Source: Shigella phage phi25-307. From it: 64,000 nt of DNA. A model generated the notes under the pieces. That model was given only the letters and a program-made list of their open reading frames with translations. It did not search any database and was not told the DNA's origin. Position numbers and translations under genes: made by a program. Every line of letters starts with the position of its first letter. Positions within the stretch are counted from its first letter, which is position 1. The DNA is taken from the sequence record MG589383; one strand, written 5' to 3'. Shown here piece after piece: positions 43,301 through 51,371 of the stretch.

Positions 43301-43568
43301 CGTGAGTGGTGCTACTGCATCGTCGAATATGGCCAAAACTTCTTCAGACGGTGCCCACACCCATAGTTGGTCTGGTACTACTAGCACCACAGGTAACCAT
43401 GCCCACACCGTAGGTATTGGCGCCCATACTCACACCGTAGGTATTGGCGCTCACACCCATTCGGTTGCAATTGGTTCACATGGTCATACAATAACTGTAA
43501 ATGCCACAGGAAATACAGAAAACACAGTTAAAAACGTTGCTTTTAACTATATCGTTCGTTTAGCATAA
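40311..43568 (+). CDS. 37: long tail fibre distal subunit / receptor-recognising gp37 (1085 aa)
   Basis: Size, synteny, C-terminal HxH repeat region, followed by T4-type gp38 gene. Confidence 0.9.
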   Translation: MATLKQIQFKRSKVAGVNPTAAQLAEGELAINLKDRTLFTKDDLGNIISLGFAKGGDINGNVTQNGDYLQNGTYNLNGNQFVYAGKYIEFLPKTAGNGAWANQHLNKAPIFTDLSSTTSVSEYHPLIKQRYKDGTFSAGTLVNEGSFKFHYIDETRTSKYWTFNRNGNFQVDSGSLLVSNGYLVTQSNIETKAGSLIGPKVITKNINVSTKSWDTNIDTAYDLVSLPTWQYTPTETDLDTNGINYLRKFRGHVSSAIFHEVADARSGKPQNISYWTGRNAEVYQWSYTTDGRMSVANSIGIGLADVGDQGRYPLVSFGKGIAIGDNDTGIKWVRDGVIDLVANGISAGTILNNGINSTKKLMVGYSRDSGTTWDFPNNNQAMFTARTDVDGNNNGDGQTHIGYNSNSKMYHYFRGTGRMAVGMSQGLLVEPGILDISTGSNTLSLRADGTVASVQTLKLNNGLYFNGDGTNASLVFKAASGIDGTKQIMWEGGKRAGQNKSYVTAKAWGNSFNASGDRNRETVFEVADGQGYYFYAQRVAPASGSTVGPIQFRIAGALLTGGGITSSGSIVTESSLVANNGLSVNGQAKFGGTADALRIWDAEYGAIFRRSETALHIIPTNKDAGESGGISNLRPLSIALNNGMVQMRHSVTLGDDGAGGNMITVDNDNKLVVVTSHSRISPNYRMQVGQAAYIDAECTDTVRPAGAGSFASQNNENVRAPFYMNINRTDTSTYVPILKQRYVQGNSCYSLGTLINGGNFRVHYHEGGDGSSTGATIKDLGWEFTRSGDFISPKRISAGGSVYLGTDGNITGGSGNFANLNSTIESLKTDIVSSYPIGAPIPWPTDTPPEGYAIMEGQTFDAGLYPKLAAVYPSGSLPDMRGQTIKGKPSGRAVLSTEADGVKSHSHSASASNTDLGTKTTSSFDYGSKTTSSFDYGTKTSNTTGNHNHTVSGNTSSAGAHRHARSGPQIQYGVHTSIFYDGYNSAGPNGNAKITGTVSGATASSNMAKTSSDGAHTHSWSGTTSTTGNHAHTVGIGAHTHTVGIGAHTHSVAIGSHGHTITVNATGNTENTVKNVAFNYIVRLA
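43407..43514 (+). repeat. four tandem 27-nt coding repeats in gene 37 encoding H-x-H-[TS]-[VI]-x-[IV]-[GN]-x units
   Basis: CATGCCCACACCGTAGGTATTGGCGCC / CATACTCACACCGTAGGTATTGGCGCT and two degenerate copies, in frame. Confidence 0.8.
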
Positions 43569-43574
43569 GGAGAA

Positions 43575-43593
43575 GGGACTTCTGTCCCTTTTT
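43575..43593 (+). terminator. terminator after gene 37 (GGGAC-TTCT-GTCCC, T-tract)
   Basis: Hairpin then TTTTTAT, 7 nt after gene 37 stop. Confidence 0.55.
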
Positions 43594-43598
43594 ATAAT

Positions 43599-44150
43599 AT
43601 GAAACTCTATCACTATTATTTTGACACTAAAGAATTTTACAAAGAAGAAAATTATAAACCATTAAAAGGCGTAGGATTTCCAGCTCATTCGACACCAAAA
43701 AAACCTTTAGACCCTAAAGAAGGCTATGCTGTTGTATTTGATGAACGCGAACAAGAATGGGTATATGTTGAAGACCATCGTGGAAAAACAGTATGGACTT
43801 ATGATAAGCAAAAAATTGTTATTGACACTCCAGGTGCTCTTCAAAATGTTACTACAGAAGAACCTGGTGAATTTGACATTTGGACCGGCGACGGGTGGAA
43901 GGAAGATGAAGCATATAAACGCGTAGTTCAACGTGATAAGAAAATTCATGAACTCTATAAATTATTCAGTGTTTTAAGTTCTCTTATTGACGCAGAGGTT
44001 GCTAATAGAGAAGAAAAACGAAAATTTAAAGAGCTCAAAAAATTCTTTGCCCTTTTAGAAAAACATGAACATCTTGGTGGTGAATTCCCTAAATTCCCTG
44101 ACCTTGAAAACAAATCTATTGTCAAAGCGATTATAAATATCTTTAAGTAA
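43599..44150 (+). CDS. 38: gp38, T4-type tail fibre assembly chaperone (183 aa)
   Basis: Collinear with T4 gp38 (YHYYFDTKEFYKEENYKP, EGYAVVFDER, FALLEKHEHLGGEFP), same length. Confidence 0.88.
   Translation: MKLYHYYFDTKEFYKEENYKPLKGVGFPAHSTPKKPLDPKEGYAVVFDEREQEWVYVEDHRGKTVWTYDKQKIVIDTPGALQNVTTEEPGEFDIWTGDGWKEDEAYKRVVQRDKKIHELYKLFSVLSSLIDAEVANREEKRKFKELKKFFALLEKHEHLGGEFPKFPDLENKSIVKAIINIFK
44132..44139 (+). promoter_or_regulatory. late promoter TATAAATA for holin gene t (inside 3-prime end of gene 38)
   Basis: Exact consensus 21 nt upstream of ATG 44160. Confidence 0.6.
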
Positions 44151-44159
44151 GGAGGTATT

Positions 44160-44819
44160 ATGGCAACACCAAAAGTATCATTTTCGCCTAGTGATATTCT
44201 ATTTGGGTTGCTAGATCGTATTTTCAAAGATAACGCTACTGGAAAGGTTTTAATGTCTCGAGTAGCGGTAATTATTCTTTTGTTCCTAATGGCACTAATA
44301 TGGTACAAAGGAAGTATTTTGCTGGATTATTATGTAAGAGCTAAGTATGATACTTATACTGAAATAATCCAAAAAGAACGAGCTTTACGTTTTGAATCTG
44401 CGGCTCTAGAACAACTGCAAATAGTTCATATCTCATCTGGTGCAGATTTTAGTGCTGTGTATTCTTTCAGACCTAAAAACTTAAATTATTTCGTCGACCT
44501 TATAGCTTATGAAGGCAAACTACCTAGCACAATTTCTGAAAAGTCCCTTGGCGGATTTCCGGTGGATAAAACGGCCAATGAATATATAATTCATTTAAGT
44601 GGCCGTCATTTCTCATCTAAATCAGAATTTGCATTTTTGCCTACAAAATCTAAGACCGCCGAACTTTCTTATATGTATAGTTGCCCATACTTTAATTTGG
44701 ATAACATCTATGCTGGGACTGTGACGATGTATTGGTATAAGGGGAGTAATATACTTGAGGAGGATCGCTTAGCGGCTATATGCAACCAAGCGATCCGAAT
44801 ACTAGGAAGGGCTAAATAA
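44160..44819 (+). CDS. t: holin T (219 aa)
   Basis: Collinear with T4 holin (ISFSPSDILFG.LDR.FKDNATGKVL, YMYSCPYFNLDNIYAGT, RILGRAK); late promoter 44132-44139. Confidence 0.93.
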   Translation: MATPKVSFSPSDILFGLLDRIFKDNATGKVLMSRVAVIILLFLMALIWYKGSILLDYYVRAKYDTYTEIIQKERALRFESAALEQLQIVHISSGADFSAVYSFRPKNLNYFVDLIAYEGKLPSTISEKSLGGFPVDKTANEYIIHLSGRHFSSKSEFAFLPTKSKTAELSYMYSCPYFNLDNIYAGTVTMYWYKGSNILEEDRLAAICNQAIRILGRAK

Positions 44820-45092
44820 TTAGTTGTTAGAATACATCGCTAAATGACGATAAATATTTTCAAAACCTTCATTGAATTCACTAATCAGTGTTTTCTTTTC
44901 TTCGGCAGTTAAATTTGTAATTAGTTTTCTGAACGAATTCTGATTTAGCTGCCGACCATCTTTTTTAATTCCAATCTCATTCAAGAAACCGATGAAACTT
45001 GCTCGGTCTTCAACAATATCTTCCCTAGAGAATTTAATCAAAATAGAAGCAATAGTAATAATTTCACGTACGATTTCAATGTCTTTATTCAT
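44820..45092 (-). CDS. asiA: anti-sigma-70 factor AsiA (90 aa)
   Basis: Collinear with T4 AsiA (VREIIT.ASILIKFSREDIVE.RA.FI.FLNEIG, NEGFE); early promoter 45127-45156. Confidence 0.92.
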   Translation of the reverse strand: MNKDIEIVREIITIASILIKFSREDIVEDRASFIGFLNEIGIKKDGRQLNQNSFRKLITNLTAEEKKTLISEFNEGFENIYRHLAMYSNN

Positions 45093-45124
45093 AACGTTTT
45101 ATTCATTCCACTTAATTGATAGGA

Positions 45125-45158
45125 GTATAGTACCACTATCAGTGTTGATTGTAAACGG
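45125..45158 (-). promoter_or_regulatory. T4-type early promoter upstream of asiA
   Basis: Minus-strand GTTTACAATCAACACTGATAGTGGTACTAT. Confidence 0.5.
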
Positions 45159-45354
45159 CTTTTTCTACGCTTTTAACGTAATTGGTGTAGTCTTCCTGTT
45201 CGTACGAGTGTAAGGCCAAGAACGGAGCTAATAGTTCATTATAGACTAAAGCCTCACGCTCACGTTCGGCCTCTACTACGTTCTGAAGATTATGACTCAT
45301 ACTGTTCCTTATAACTATCAATGTAGTCCTGTATGTCGAAGAATGATATTTCAT
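45139..45354 (-). CDS. hypothetical small protein (71 aa as drawn; true start uncertain)
   Basis: ORF only; overlaps next ORF by 65 nt. Confidence 0.3.
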   Translation of the reverse strand: MKYHSSTYRTTLIVIRNSMSHNLQNVVEAEREREALVYNELLAPFLALHSYEQEDYTNYVKSVEKAVYNQH

Positions 45355-45589
45355 ATTCTAAGGCATTAAGAGCCTGTTCTTCAGTGTAGTCAGAACCAAA
45401 TACAATAGTGATTTCACCAGGTTTAGAATGACTGAAATCAACACTAAACTCAAGTCGAGAGCAGACTTCATCTTCCATATCTATGATAACACTACGATAC
45501 ACTTCTCGGTTAACCTGATAAAGCTCTGCAAGTTCTTCGCATCGAATAACAAGTTCAGTGGCAGGATTTTCTTTGATTTTAGTAAGCAT
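45290..45589 (-). CDS. hypothetical acidic protein (100 aa; start at internal ATG 45589)
   Basis: ORF only; weak SD. Confidence 0.35.
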   Translation of the reverse strand: MLTKIKENPATELVIRCEELAELYQVNREVYRSVIIDMEDEVCSRLEFSVDFSHSKPGEITIVFGSDYTEEQALNALEYEISFFDIQDYIDSYKEQYES

Positions 45590-45672
45590 AGTCTTTACCC
45601 TTATGTTTTTGTTTGCGTTTAGATTGAAGTTCTGATTTCTTCTTGTCCTTATGGACGGAAGCCTTATTGAAA

Positions 45673-45891
45673 TCATGTTTTGCTACAAAATTGTTCATAA
45701 TGCTTTATAACCTCGTTTAAACATTTGTCTGTGAAAGAAAACTTTTTAGCCACAGAACATTCGATAATGTGCTCTTTCAAATCTTTAGAGTCAGTATAAC
45801 CCATCTCAGTAATAAAGTGGCGAATTAAAGCTTTATTCTTATCATTAACAGAATTAAAATAATCTGCTTTAGAATCAATTATTCTCATCAT
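45673..45891 (-). CDS. hypothetical protein (72 aa)
   Basis: ORF in asiA-motA early block. Confidence 0.4.
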   Translation of the reverse strand: MMRIIDSKADYFNSVNDKNKALIRHFITEMGYTDSKDLKEHIIECSVAKKFSFTDKCLNEVIKHYEQFCSKT

Positions 45892-46156
45892 CTAATTTCC
45901 TTAATTGATATTGCAACGAGCCAATAATTTCTTCGTTCATTTTAATATACATGTCGCGCAAGAAAGGTTTTAACCCATCACGAATAATTGCTAATGTATC
46001 ACCTTTACATAAATTAACCAAATAAGGATGGTCTAAAGCATCCCAACCAGGCTGATTAGCATACATACCATAATTTTCTTCCATCATATGATTAAGACGT
46101 TTGATATCTTGGATACGTGATTCAATAGCATCTTTCTGGAGTTGTTTAATATTCAT
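45875..46156 (-). CDS. hypothetical acidic protein (93 aa); size compatible with Arn but not verified
   Basis: ORF; T4 Arn is 92 aa and lies in this block, but sequence identity could not be confirmed from memory. Confidence 0.4.
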   Translation of the reverse strand: MNIKQLQKDAIESRIQDIKRLNHMMEENYGMYANQPGWDALDHPYLVNLCKGDTLAIIRDGLKPFLRDMYIKMNEEIIGSLQYQLRKLDDENN

Positions 46157-46418
46157 TAATAAAGGTCCTCTGAATAAAGTTCTTTCTCGCTTCCGCCACG
46201 TTCAATTTAAACCTATTAGCTGCACATACTATAACACGTTGAACTTTTTGGTCATTATTCCAATAGCACGTTTGCCAACAGATTTCAGGAACTTCATTCA
46301 TTATATCATCAGCAGAATAATTATAACCGTAGGACTGGAATTTTTCTGCTAGACTTTCAGGAGTCTCACGAGACAAGGCCAAATCTAATAGCTCTAAACG
46401 TTCTTTAAATGATTTCAT
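46146..46418 (-). CDS. hypothetical protein (90 aa)
   Basis: ORF in asiA-motA early block. Confidence 0.4.
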   Translation of the reverse strand: MKSFKERLELLDLALSRETPESLAEKFQSYGYNYSADDIMNEVPEICWQTCYWNNDQKVQRVIVCAANRFKLNVAEARKNFIQRTFINEY

Positions 46419-46744
46419 TTAAACCATTCCTTAATACGTTGCCAAATAGATTTTTGTGCTTGTTTATTTACACCAATCGAACGAATAACTGGTTGTGACT
46501 GCTGATATTCTTTATAATCTTCTTTATAGATTTCGTAAGCGGCATCAACAAATGAACTGATCGCTGCCATGTAGTTTTTACGAAGGCCGAATGGTGCGTC
46601 ATTATTTTCACGAATAACCATATATTGGCCTGCTTTAATCTTTACAATTGTCCCTAAATAAGCCCCGTGGTACCAAATATCCCATCCTTCCTGAGTAGGT
46701 TCTGCACATTTACGAAGTTCGTTAATAATATTCAGCTTATTCAT
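46415..46744 (-). CDS. hypothetical protein (109 aa)
   Basis: ORF in asiA-motA early block. Confidence 0.45.
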   Translation of the reverse strand: MNKLNIINELRKCAEPTQEGWDIWYHGAYLGTIVKIKAGQYMVIRENNDAPFGLRKNYMAAISSFVDAAYEIYKEDYKEYQQSQPVIRSIGVNKQAQKSIWQRIKEWFK

Positions 46745-46754
46745 TATGTATTCC

Positions 46755-47387
46755 TCACAGTACGTTAGTTACAAGGGTAATGATTTCTTTGGACACATTA
46801 GGGAAGTCAATGTAAGTATATTTACCACCGATCTTAATCTTAACATCATTTTCAAGAGAAGTAAACAGCTTTGATTCAGTTTCTGACATGTTATATGCAA
46901 ATATTCTAAGACAACCGTCTCGACGAATTTCGATCTGACGAATACCTAGAACTCGTTTTGCAAATCGAACTTCCAAGTTACTACGGTTTTCACCAATTTC
47001 TTTAACTTCAACTTTATCTTTAATATTTTCAAAAACAAAGTTTGCTAATTCATGCATTTCGGGAGTAACTCCACGTGCTTTTCTAGTGTTACGTTTCTGA
47101 AGAAGTTCTGGAGCATTTTCTTGGGCAAAGAGGTCTGCAGCTTTTTGGATAATATCCATTGCTTCGCCTGTTGCTATAAGTCCATCACCAGATTTTTCGA
47201 CTAAACCTTTCTTAATCAATACACCAATGTTAGAGTTAACAACCGATGCATTGTATTCCGCTTCCAGAGCTTCACGGACATTGGCAGCAGTGGTGAAGTT
47301 GTTCTTAATGATATAAACCATTATTGCAGCAGTTTTTTCATTCAGAGCGTTTTCGGAAGCTTTGATGATGTAAGCAACTTTAGACAT
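46755..47387 (-). CDS. motA: middle-transcription activator MotA (210 aa)
   Basis: N-terminal domain collinear with T4 MotA (MSKV.YIIKAS...LNEKTA, VVNSNIGVLIKKGLVEKSGDGLI.TGEA, AQENAPELL.KR.TRKAR); early promoter 47427-47454. Confidence 0.88.
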   Translation of the reverse strand: MSKVAYIIKASENALNEKTAAIMVYIIKNNFTTAANVREALEAEYNASVVNSNIGVLIKKGLVEKSGDGLIATGEAMDIIQKAADLFAQENAPELLQKRNTRKARGVTPEMHELANFVFENIKDKVEVKEIGENRSNLEVRFAKRVLGIRQIEIRRDGCLRIFAYNMSETESKLFTSLENDVKIKIGGKYTYIDFPNVSKEIITLVTNVL

Positions 47388-47424
47388 TTTATTTCTCCAA
47401 TTTGGTTGTTTTGTTTTGATAGGT

Positions 47425-47456
47425 CTATAATATCATGTTTGAAGCACATGTAAACT
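47425..47456 (-). promoter_or_regulatory. T4-type early promoter upstream of motA
   Basis: Minus-strand TTTACATGTGCTTCAAACATGATATTAT. Confidence 0.5.
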
Positions 47457-47475
47457 GTTTTGTGAGAAAAATGCA

Positions 47476-47496
47476 CAAAAGGGAGCCGAAGCTCCC
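47476..47496 (-). terminator. terminator downstream of gene 52 (GGGAGC-UUCG-GCUCCC, U-tract)
   Basis: Minus-strand hairpin followed by TTTTGTG; upstream of motA promoter. Confidence 0.55.
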
Positions 47497-47572
47497 TAAT
47501 CGTGTTTGTCCAACCAATACAGCCAAATCACTAGTGCAGCTATTGCACCGAGAAATCCTAAGGCTAGGGCAC

Positions 47573-48898
47573 TCAAAGTGCCTCCAAGTCTTTAGTGTAC
47601 TCTGTCACAACATCAGTAGACTTCCAATACTCATTTTCTTCTTTCTTAGCTTTAGCTTCTTCTGCCAGTTTACGTGCTTCGTCGGAAGTGATATGGAAGA
47701 TGTTAAGGCCTACCAGTTTATCGACATGTTCTTTATACATTTCGATTTGTGCTAGCTCTTCAGTCAAAGCTTTACGAGTCTTGCCCTGAATCACAATTTC
47801 GCCACTGATAACTTTTTTGATGAAGTGTGCCTTAGCAAAAGCCAGTTTAAATGCTTTTTCAGATTCAAGGATTTTGTTGTCAATACGTTTCTGAACGTAA
47901 GTCTTACGGACTTCAACAAAATCTTTGATTAAGTCCACTACGTTATCATAGACGGCTAATTTACCCTTTTCATTAATCACTGTGATGTTTTGTGAACGAC
48001 GTTCGATGAGACTAAAATCTTTCATGATTTTTTCATGACGTAGCTCTTCATCATCAGGAAGCGAGTACTCTTTACGGAACTTCACCTTAAACCCAAAGCC
48101 GTGTTCACCACAATCATCTTCCCATGAGATTAGACCTTTGTCTTCCAATGGGTCAAGAACCTTACTCACATACGTTTCACGGTCGAATTTATATGGGATT
48201 TCAGTTATCTGCATTTGAGTGCGAGATGTGAACTTATATGTTCCGTGAATCTCATAACGCCCATCAACTTCGTGTACTTCACCACGGAATTCCGGGAATT
48301 CAACTTTTGGCTTAGTGACATTTTTACCTTGAAGAGCTTGTAATACGGCCTTTTTTACCGATTTAAAACTATGAGGCAGAATATTTGTTGCGTAACCGGT
48401 TGCAATACCAGAGACACCATTCAAAAGAACTGTCGGAATAATAGGAAGATAGAATTTTGGTGGAATGTGTTCTTTATCTTCATGGGCTGGAGCATATTCA
48501 GTATCTTTATATACGTTATAGAAATTTTTACTTACACGAGCAAAAATATAACGAGATGCTGCAGCTTTTTGGACTGTTCGAGAACCAAAGTTGCCTTGGC
48601 CATCTAACAGTGGATAGTTGTTGTTCCATGTGTTAGCCATCAATGCACCTGCATCTTGTGCAGAAGATTCACCATGGTGATAACCTAAATCTGCAACACC
48701 GCCTGCAATTGACGCAAGTTTATGAAATTTTTCTTTATTACCACGAGCCAAATCTAACGCACGATGAACCACAAAACGTTGAACCGGCTTAAATCCATCA
48801 ATCATGTTTGGGATTGCACGGTTTTCAACGGTGTACATCGCGTATGCTAAGGCTTCGTTATCAATAATACTTTTTAGATTACGAGAATTCAATTGCAT
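47573..48898 (-). CDS. 52: DNA topoisomerase II medium subunit gp52 (GyrA-like, 441 aa)
   Basis: Size (T4 442 aa), synteny, GyrA/ParC-type N-terminal region with putative catalytic Tyr; not searched. Confidence 0.9.
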   Translation of the reverse strand: MQLNSRNLKSIIDNEALAYAMYTVENRAIPNMIDGFKPVQRFVVHRALDLARGNKEKFHKLASIAGGVADLGYHHGESSAQDAGALMANTWNNNYPLLDGQGNFGSRTVQKAAASRYIFARVSKNFYNVYKDTEYAPAHEDKEHIPPKFYLPIIPTVLLNGVSGIATGYATNILPHSFKSVKKAVLQALQGKNVTKPKVEFPEFRGEVHEVDGRYEIHGTYKFTSRTQMQITEIPYKFDRETYVSKVLDPLEDKGLISWEDDCGEHGFGFKVKFRKEYSLPDDEELRHEKIMKDFSLIERRSQNITVINEKGKLAVYDNVVDLIKDFVEVRKTYVQKRIDNKILESEKAFKLAFAKAHFIKKVISGEIVIQGKTRKALTEELAQIEMYKEHVDKLVGLNIFHITSDEARKLAEEAKAKKEENEYWKSTDVVTEYTKDLEAL

Positions 48899-48902
48899 AT
48901 TT

Positions 48903-49043
48903 TCACCATATTAATGAACGAATAGCCATTATAACATCTGAAATGAAAAGCACTACTTGGATTAGCCCAAACATCACACCATAGTACAGAACCGTAAGCA
49001 ACAACAAGAGCCCGAAGGCTCCTGCTAAGATTTTCTTAATCAT
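48903..49043 (-). CDS. small hydrophobic membrane peptide (46 aa; not in ORF track)
   Basis: Hand-translated MIKKILAGAFGLLLLLTVLYYGVMFGLIQVVLFISDVIMAIRSLIW; stop 4 nt before gene 52 ATG; start overlaps upstream peptide stop (ATGATTAA). Confidence 0.4.
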   Translation of the reverse strand: MIKKILAGAFGLLLLLTVLYYGVMFGLIQVVLFISDVIMAIRSLIW

Positions 49044-49188
49044 TACTCGCCTTTAATACGTTAAAAAGAGCTAAGACCGCTAAGGTACCTTGTGACACAG
49101 CCTGTTGAAATACTGTTGTTTCGCCTGTAACTAAAGTGTTAACGAATAAAAACGACCAACACAGCAATGCAATAATCCATGCTACCAT
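49036..49188 (-). CDS. small membrane protein (50 aa; not in ORF track), candidate ac-like
   Basis: Hand-translated MVAWIIALLCWSFLFVNTLVTGETTVFQQAVSQGTLAVLALFNVLKASND; SD GAGGT upstream; T4 ac is a 51-aa membrane protein in this position. Confidence 0.4.
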   Translation of the reverse strand: MVAWIIALLCWSFLFVNTLVTGETTVFQQAVSQGTLAVLALFNVLKASND

Positions 49189-49240
49189 TTTAATTACCTC
49201 AAAAATAAATTAAAGGCCTAGCTTAATAGGCCTGTATAAA

Positions 49241-49687
49241 TTAGTAACTCTGCAGAATGAATTTGAAGTTATCAGCCAGAAGACGGTTCATTTCAGTGAG
49301 TGTTTGATATTCTGATGTATGGTTGCGAGTGAATGCCAGAGCCAATTGACCTTTACCGTAACCAGTAGTCAGGGGTTTCATGTTCTTAGCTGCAACAAAG
49401 ATTACATCATATTCAATATTGTTAGTGCCCATGGTACGGGCTAGTTGCGAACGGCCTTGACGAATGTGAGAAAGAATTGCATCTAACCCTTGTTTAGAAC
49501 GTTGACGTCCTACAAAGAATCGTGCTGCTACTTGACGCCAATCAGATGAACCTTTAACAAAGAAGTAAAAACCTTCACGAGAACGAAACTCTTTAGAAAC
49601 TTCAGAACCGTATTCGCCATTACGAACTACTGCAACAACTTCACCGCCAACTGCCAGAAGGTCTTTACGAGTTAAATATTTGGACAT
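49241..49687 (-). CDS. ndd: nucleoid disruption protein Ndd (148 aa)
   Basis: Collinear with T4 Ndd ([71 protein letters not shown]). Confidence 0.9.
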   Translation of the reverse strand: MSKYLTRKDLLAVGGEVVAVVRNGEYGSEVSKEFRSREGFYFFVKGSSDWRQVAARFFVGRQRSKQGLDAILSHIRQGRSQLARTMGTNNIEYDVIFVAAKNMKPLTTGYGKGQLALAFTRNHTSEYQTLTEMNRLLADNFKFILQSY

Positions 49688-49727
49688 GCTAATTTCCTCA
49701 ATTGATTAATGATTTTATTATCCAATG

Positions 49728-49762
49728 AGAGCATTATACTCTGCTCTCAAGAGTTTGTACAA
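49728..49762 (-). promoter_or_regulatory. early promoter upstream of ndd with palindrome GAGAGCAGAGTATAATGCTCTC over the -10
   Basis: -10 TATAAT inside an inverted repeat; near-identical cassette at 21218-21250. Confidence 0.45.
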
Positions 49763-49764
49763 TT

Positions 49765-49965
49765 TTATTCGGCTATATCAGAACGTTCAAAAAGCTCTTC
49801 AACAGTTAAACATTCGGTGTCGTCCTCAATAAAGAATCGAGTCCAACACGTTGGGGCGATACAGTTATGAGTTTGTCCGGCGATAGAAGCTACACGAATA
49901 AGCTGCTGACCATTATTCAGAACAAATTTTTCACCAATTTCAACATCTTTAAAAAGCTTAGCCAT
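49765..49965 (-). CDS. hypothetical protein (66 aa)
   Basis: ORF with early promoter upstream (about 49995-50030). Confidence 0.45.
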   Translation of the reverse strand: MAKLFKDVEIGEKFVLNNGQQLIRVASIAGQTHNCIAPTCWTRFFIEDDTECLTVEELFERSDIAE

Positions 49966-50215
49966 TTTGTGTTCCTCATGTTTCAGTAGGACTACTATAC
50001 CATAATCCTACCTTGATGTAAACAATTAAATTACATTAAAATATGTTAAAGCCAACCATGTTCCAGTGAACGAACATACGATGTAAAAACCCGTATCACA
50101 AATTGTTCTTAGTACAATAAGAAGCGCATTTTTCATAAGTACCTCAATGCAATTGAAAATATTATACAAATCATAGGGATACTAAGCAACCATATTCCGA
50201 TCCACATTTTAGAGC

Positions 50216-50479
50216 TCATATCTCAACTTCCGCGAGTTCCATATATCCTTTGTTGATAACCTCTTTAAGGTCTTTAGAAAGAATAACACTAAAATGGTCG
50301 TTCATATGTCCATTAACTAAACGAGTTATTTCTGCTTCAGATGACATATAAGGCACGTCTGAGTCCCAATGAGATAGACTCAAATGGGTATAAATCATCC
50401 CTTCGTCATCTGCGGTGTTGTACATTGAAACAAATTCGCCTGTTACTTTATGTTTTGCGTAGAAAAATTTAAATTTCAT
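50216..50479 (-). CDS. hypothetical protein (87 aa)
   Basis: ORF with palindromic early promoter upstream (50495-50535). Confidence 0.45.
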   Translation of the reverse strand: MKFKFFYAKHKVTGEFVSMYNTADDEGMIYTHLSLSHWDSDVPYMSSEAEITRLVNGHMNDHFSVILSKDLKEVINKGYMELAEVEI

Positions 50480-50547
50480 GATGTTATCCTCTTTTAGATA
50501 GGACTACTATATCATAGTCCTACTTAGTTGTAAACACTTTTATGAAA

Positions 50548-51105
50548 TTAAAGATGAAGATACCACCCGTTGTAGTTGCTCTTGCGGACGATTTTCTTTA
50601 GGTCTTCATGGTCTCCCACGAACTTTATAGAATAAGAGAAGACGTCAGGTGAGGTTTCTTTGACATCTAATATAATAATGCAATCTGCGACTCGATGGTT
50701 CAAGAAGGGCCCTATATTGATTCCATTACCACCCGGATAATCACCACTGTATCCTGTGGTAACCGAAATCCATTTAGAATCTATCTGGTGTGTCTTGACT
50801 TCTACACGAATTCCACAATACTTGGGATGGGCTAACACGTCCCATGCATACGTGTACGGGTCTTCTACGTCTTCAATACCTTTATTAACATATCCGTCTA
50901 GCCAATTTGCTACTACATACTCTGCAAAGACCGCAACCTTACAACGTCGAACTACGTCTTCTTTTATTTGACCTGGATCTTGTTTCAACGAGTACCGAGC
51001 AGTGTCAGCAATCTTCACCTTCATTTCACTAGTCAAAAACTCATTCGACAGGATAAATGTCGGAAGATTCTTCAGTCTCAACAGTCCCAAGTTCGTCTTT
51101 ACCAT
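50548..51105 (-). CDS. denB: endonuclease IV-like protein (185 aa; start at internal ATG 51105)
   Basis: Position between ndd block and rIIB; 185 aa as T4 DenB when started at ATG 51105, which has SD GAGG 5 nt upstream; identity by synteny and size only. Confidence 0.6.
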   Translation of the reverse strand: MVKTNLGLLRLKNLPTFILSNEFLTSEMKVKIADTARYSLKQDPGQIKEDVVRRCKVAVFAEYVVANWLDGYVNKGIEDVEDPYTYAWDVLAHPKYCGIRVEVKTHQIDSKWISVTTGYSGDYPGGNGINIGPFLNHRVADCIIILDVKETSPDVFSYSIKFVGDHEDLKKIVRKSNYNGWYLHL

Positions 51106-51328
51106 AGATACCTCTGATGTGTAGTTCGCCAAAATAAATGCGGTCACCTTCTTCAAGATATTCTGCATCTACAGGCGGAATTTCAATAACAACTTCGTCA
51201 CATTCTAACCAGCCGTAGTGTGCATCGCCAGGATGTTTTACCAATTTAGCACAATAAACTGATTTACACTTATGATGACCACGAAGATTAGCAATTTTGG
51301 ATTCTGATACGTCAAATGGATGAATCAT
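51041..51328 (-). CDS. hypothetical protein (95 aa; start at internal ATG 51328) overlapping denB start
   Basis: ORF with SD AGGGG 6 nt upstream of ATG 51328; overlaps the denB-like ORF by 64 nt in another frame. Confidence 0.4.
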   Translation of the reverse strand: MIHPFDVSESKIANLRGHHKCKSVYCAKLVKHPGDAHYGWLECDEVVIEIPPVDAEYLEEGDRIYFGELHIRGIYGKDELGTVETEESSDIYPVE

Positions 51329-51340
51329 AATTACCCCTAA

Positions 51341-51366
51341 AGAAAAAAAAGGGGACCGAAGTCCCC
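51341..51366 (-). terminator. rIIB terminator (GGGGAC-UUCG-GUCCCC, U8 tract)
   Basis: Hairpin begins 6 nt after rIIB stop; followed by TTTTTTTTCTTT on the minus strand. Confidence 0.7.
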
Positions 51367-51371
51367 AATTA

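Noticed and set aside
43407-43514. Possible CRISPR-like tandem repeat
   Set aside because: The repeats are in frame inside gene 37 and encode H-x-H units; there are no spacers of unique sequence and no cas genes.
47497-47575. 26-codon hydrophobic ORF (LSALALGFLGAIAALVIWLYWLDKHD) immediately after the gene 52 stop
   Set aside because: It has only a TTG start, overlapping the gene 52 stop with about 4-nt SD spacing; it could be a real micropeptide but the evidence is too weak to call.
49001-49018. GGAGCC-TTCG-GGCTC hairpin resembling the intergenic terminators
   Set aside because: It lies inside the coding sequence of the small membrane-peptide ORF (encoding AGAFGL) with no U-tract; probably coincidental or at most a pause element.
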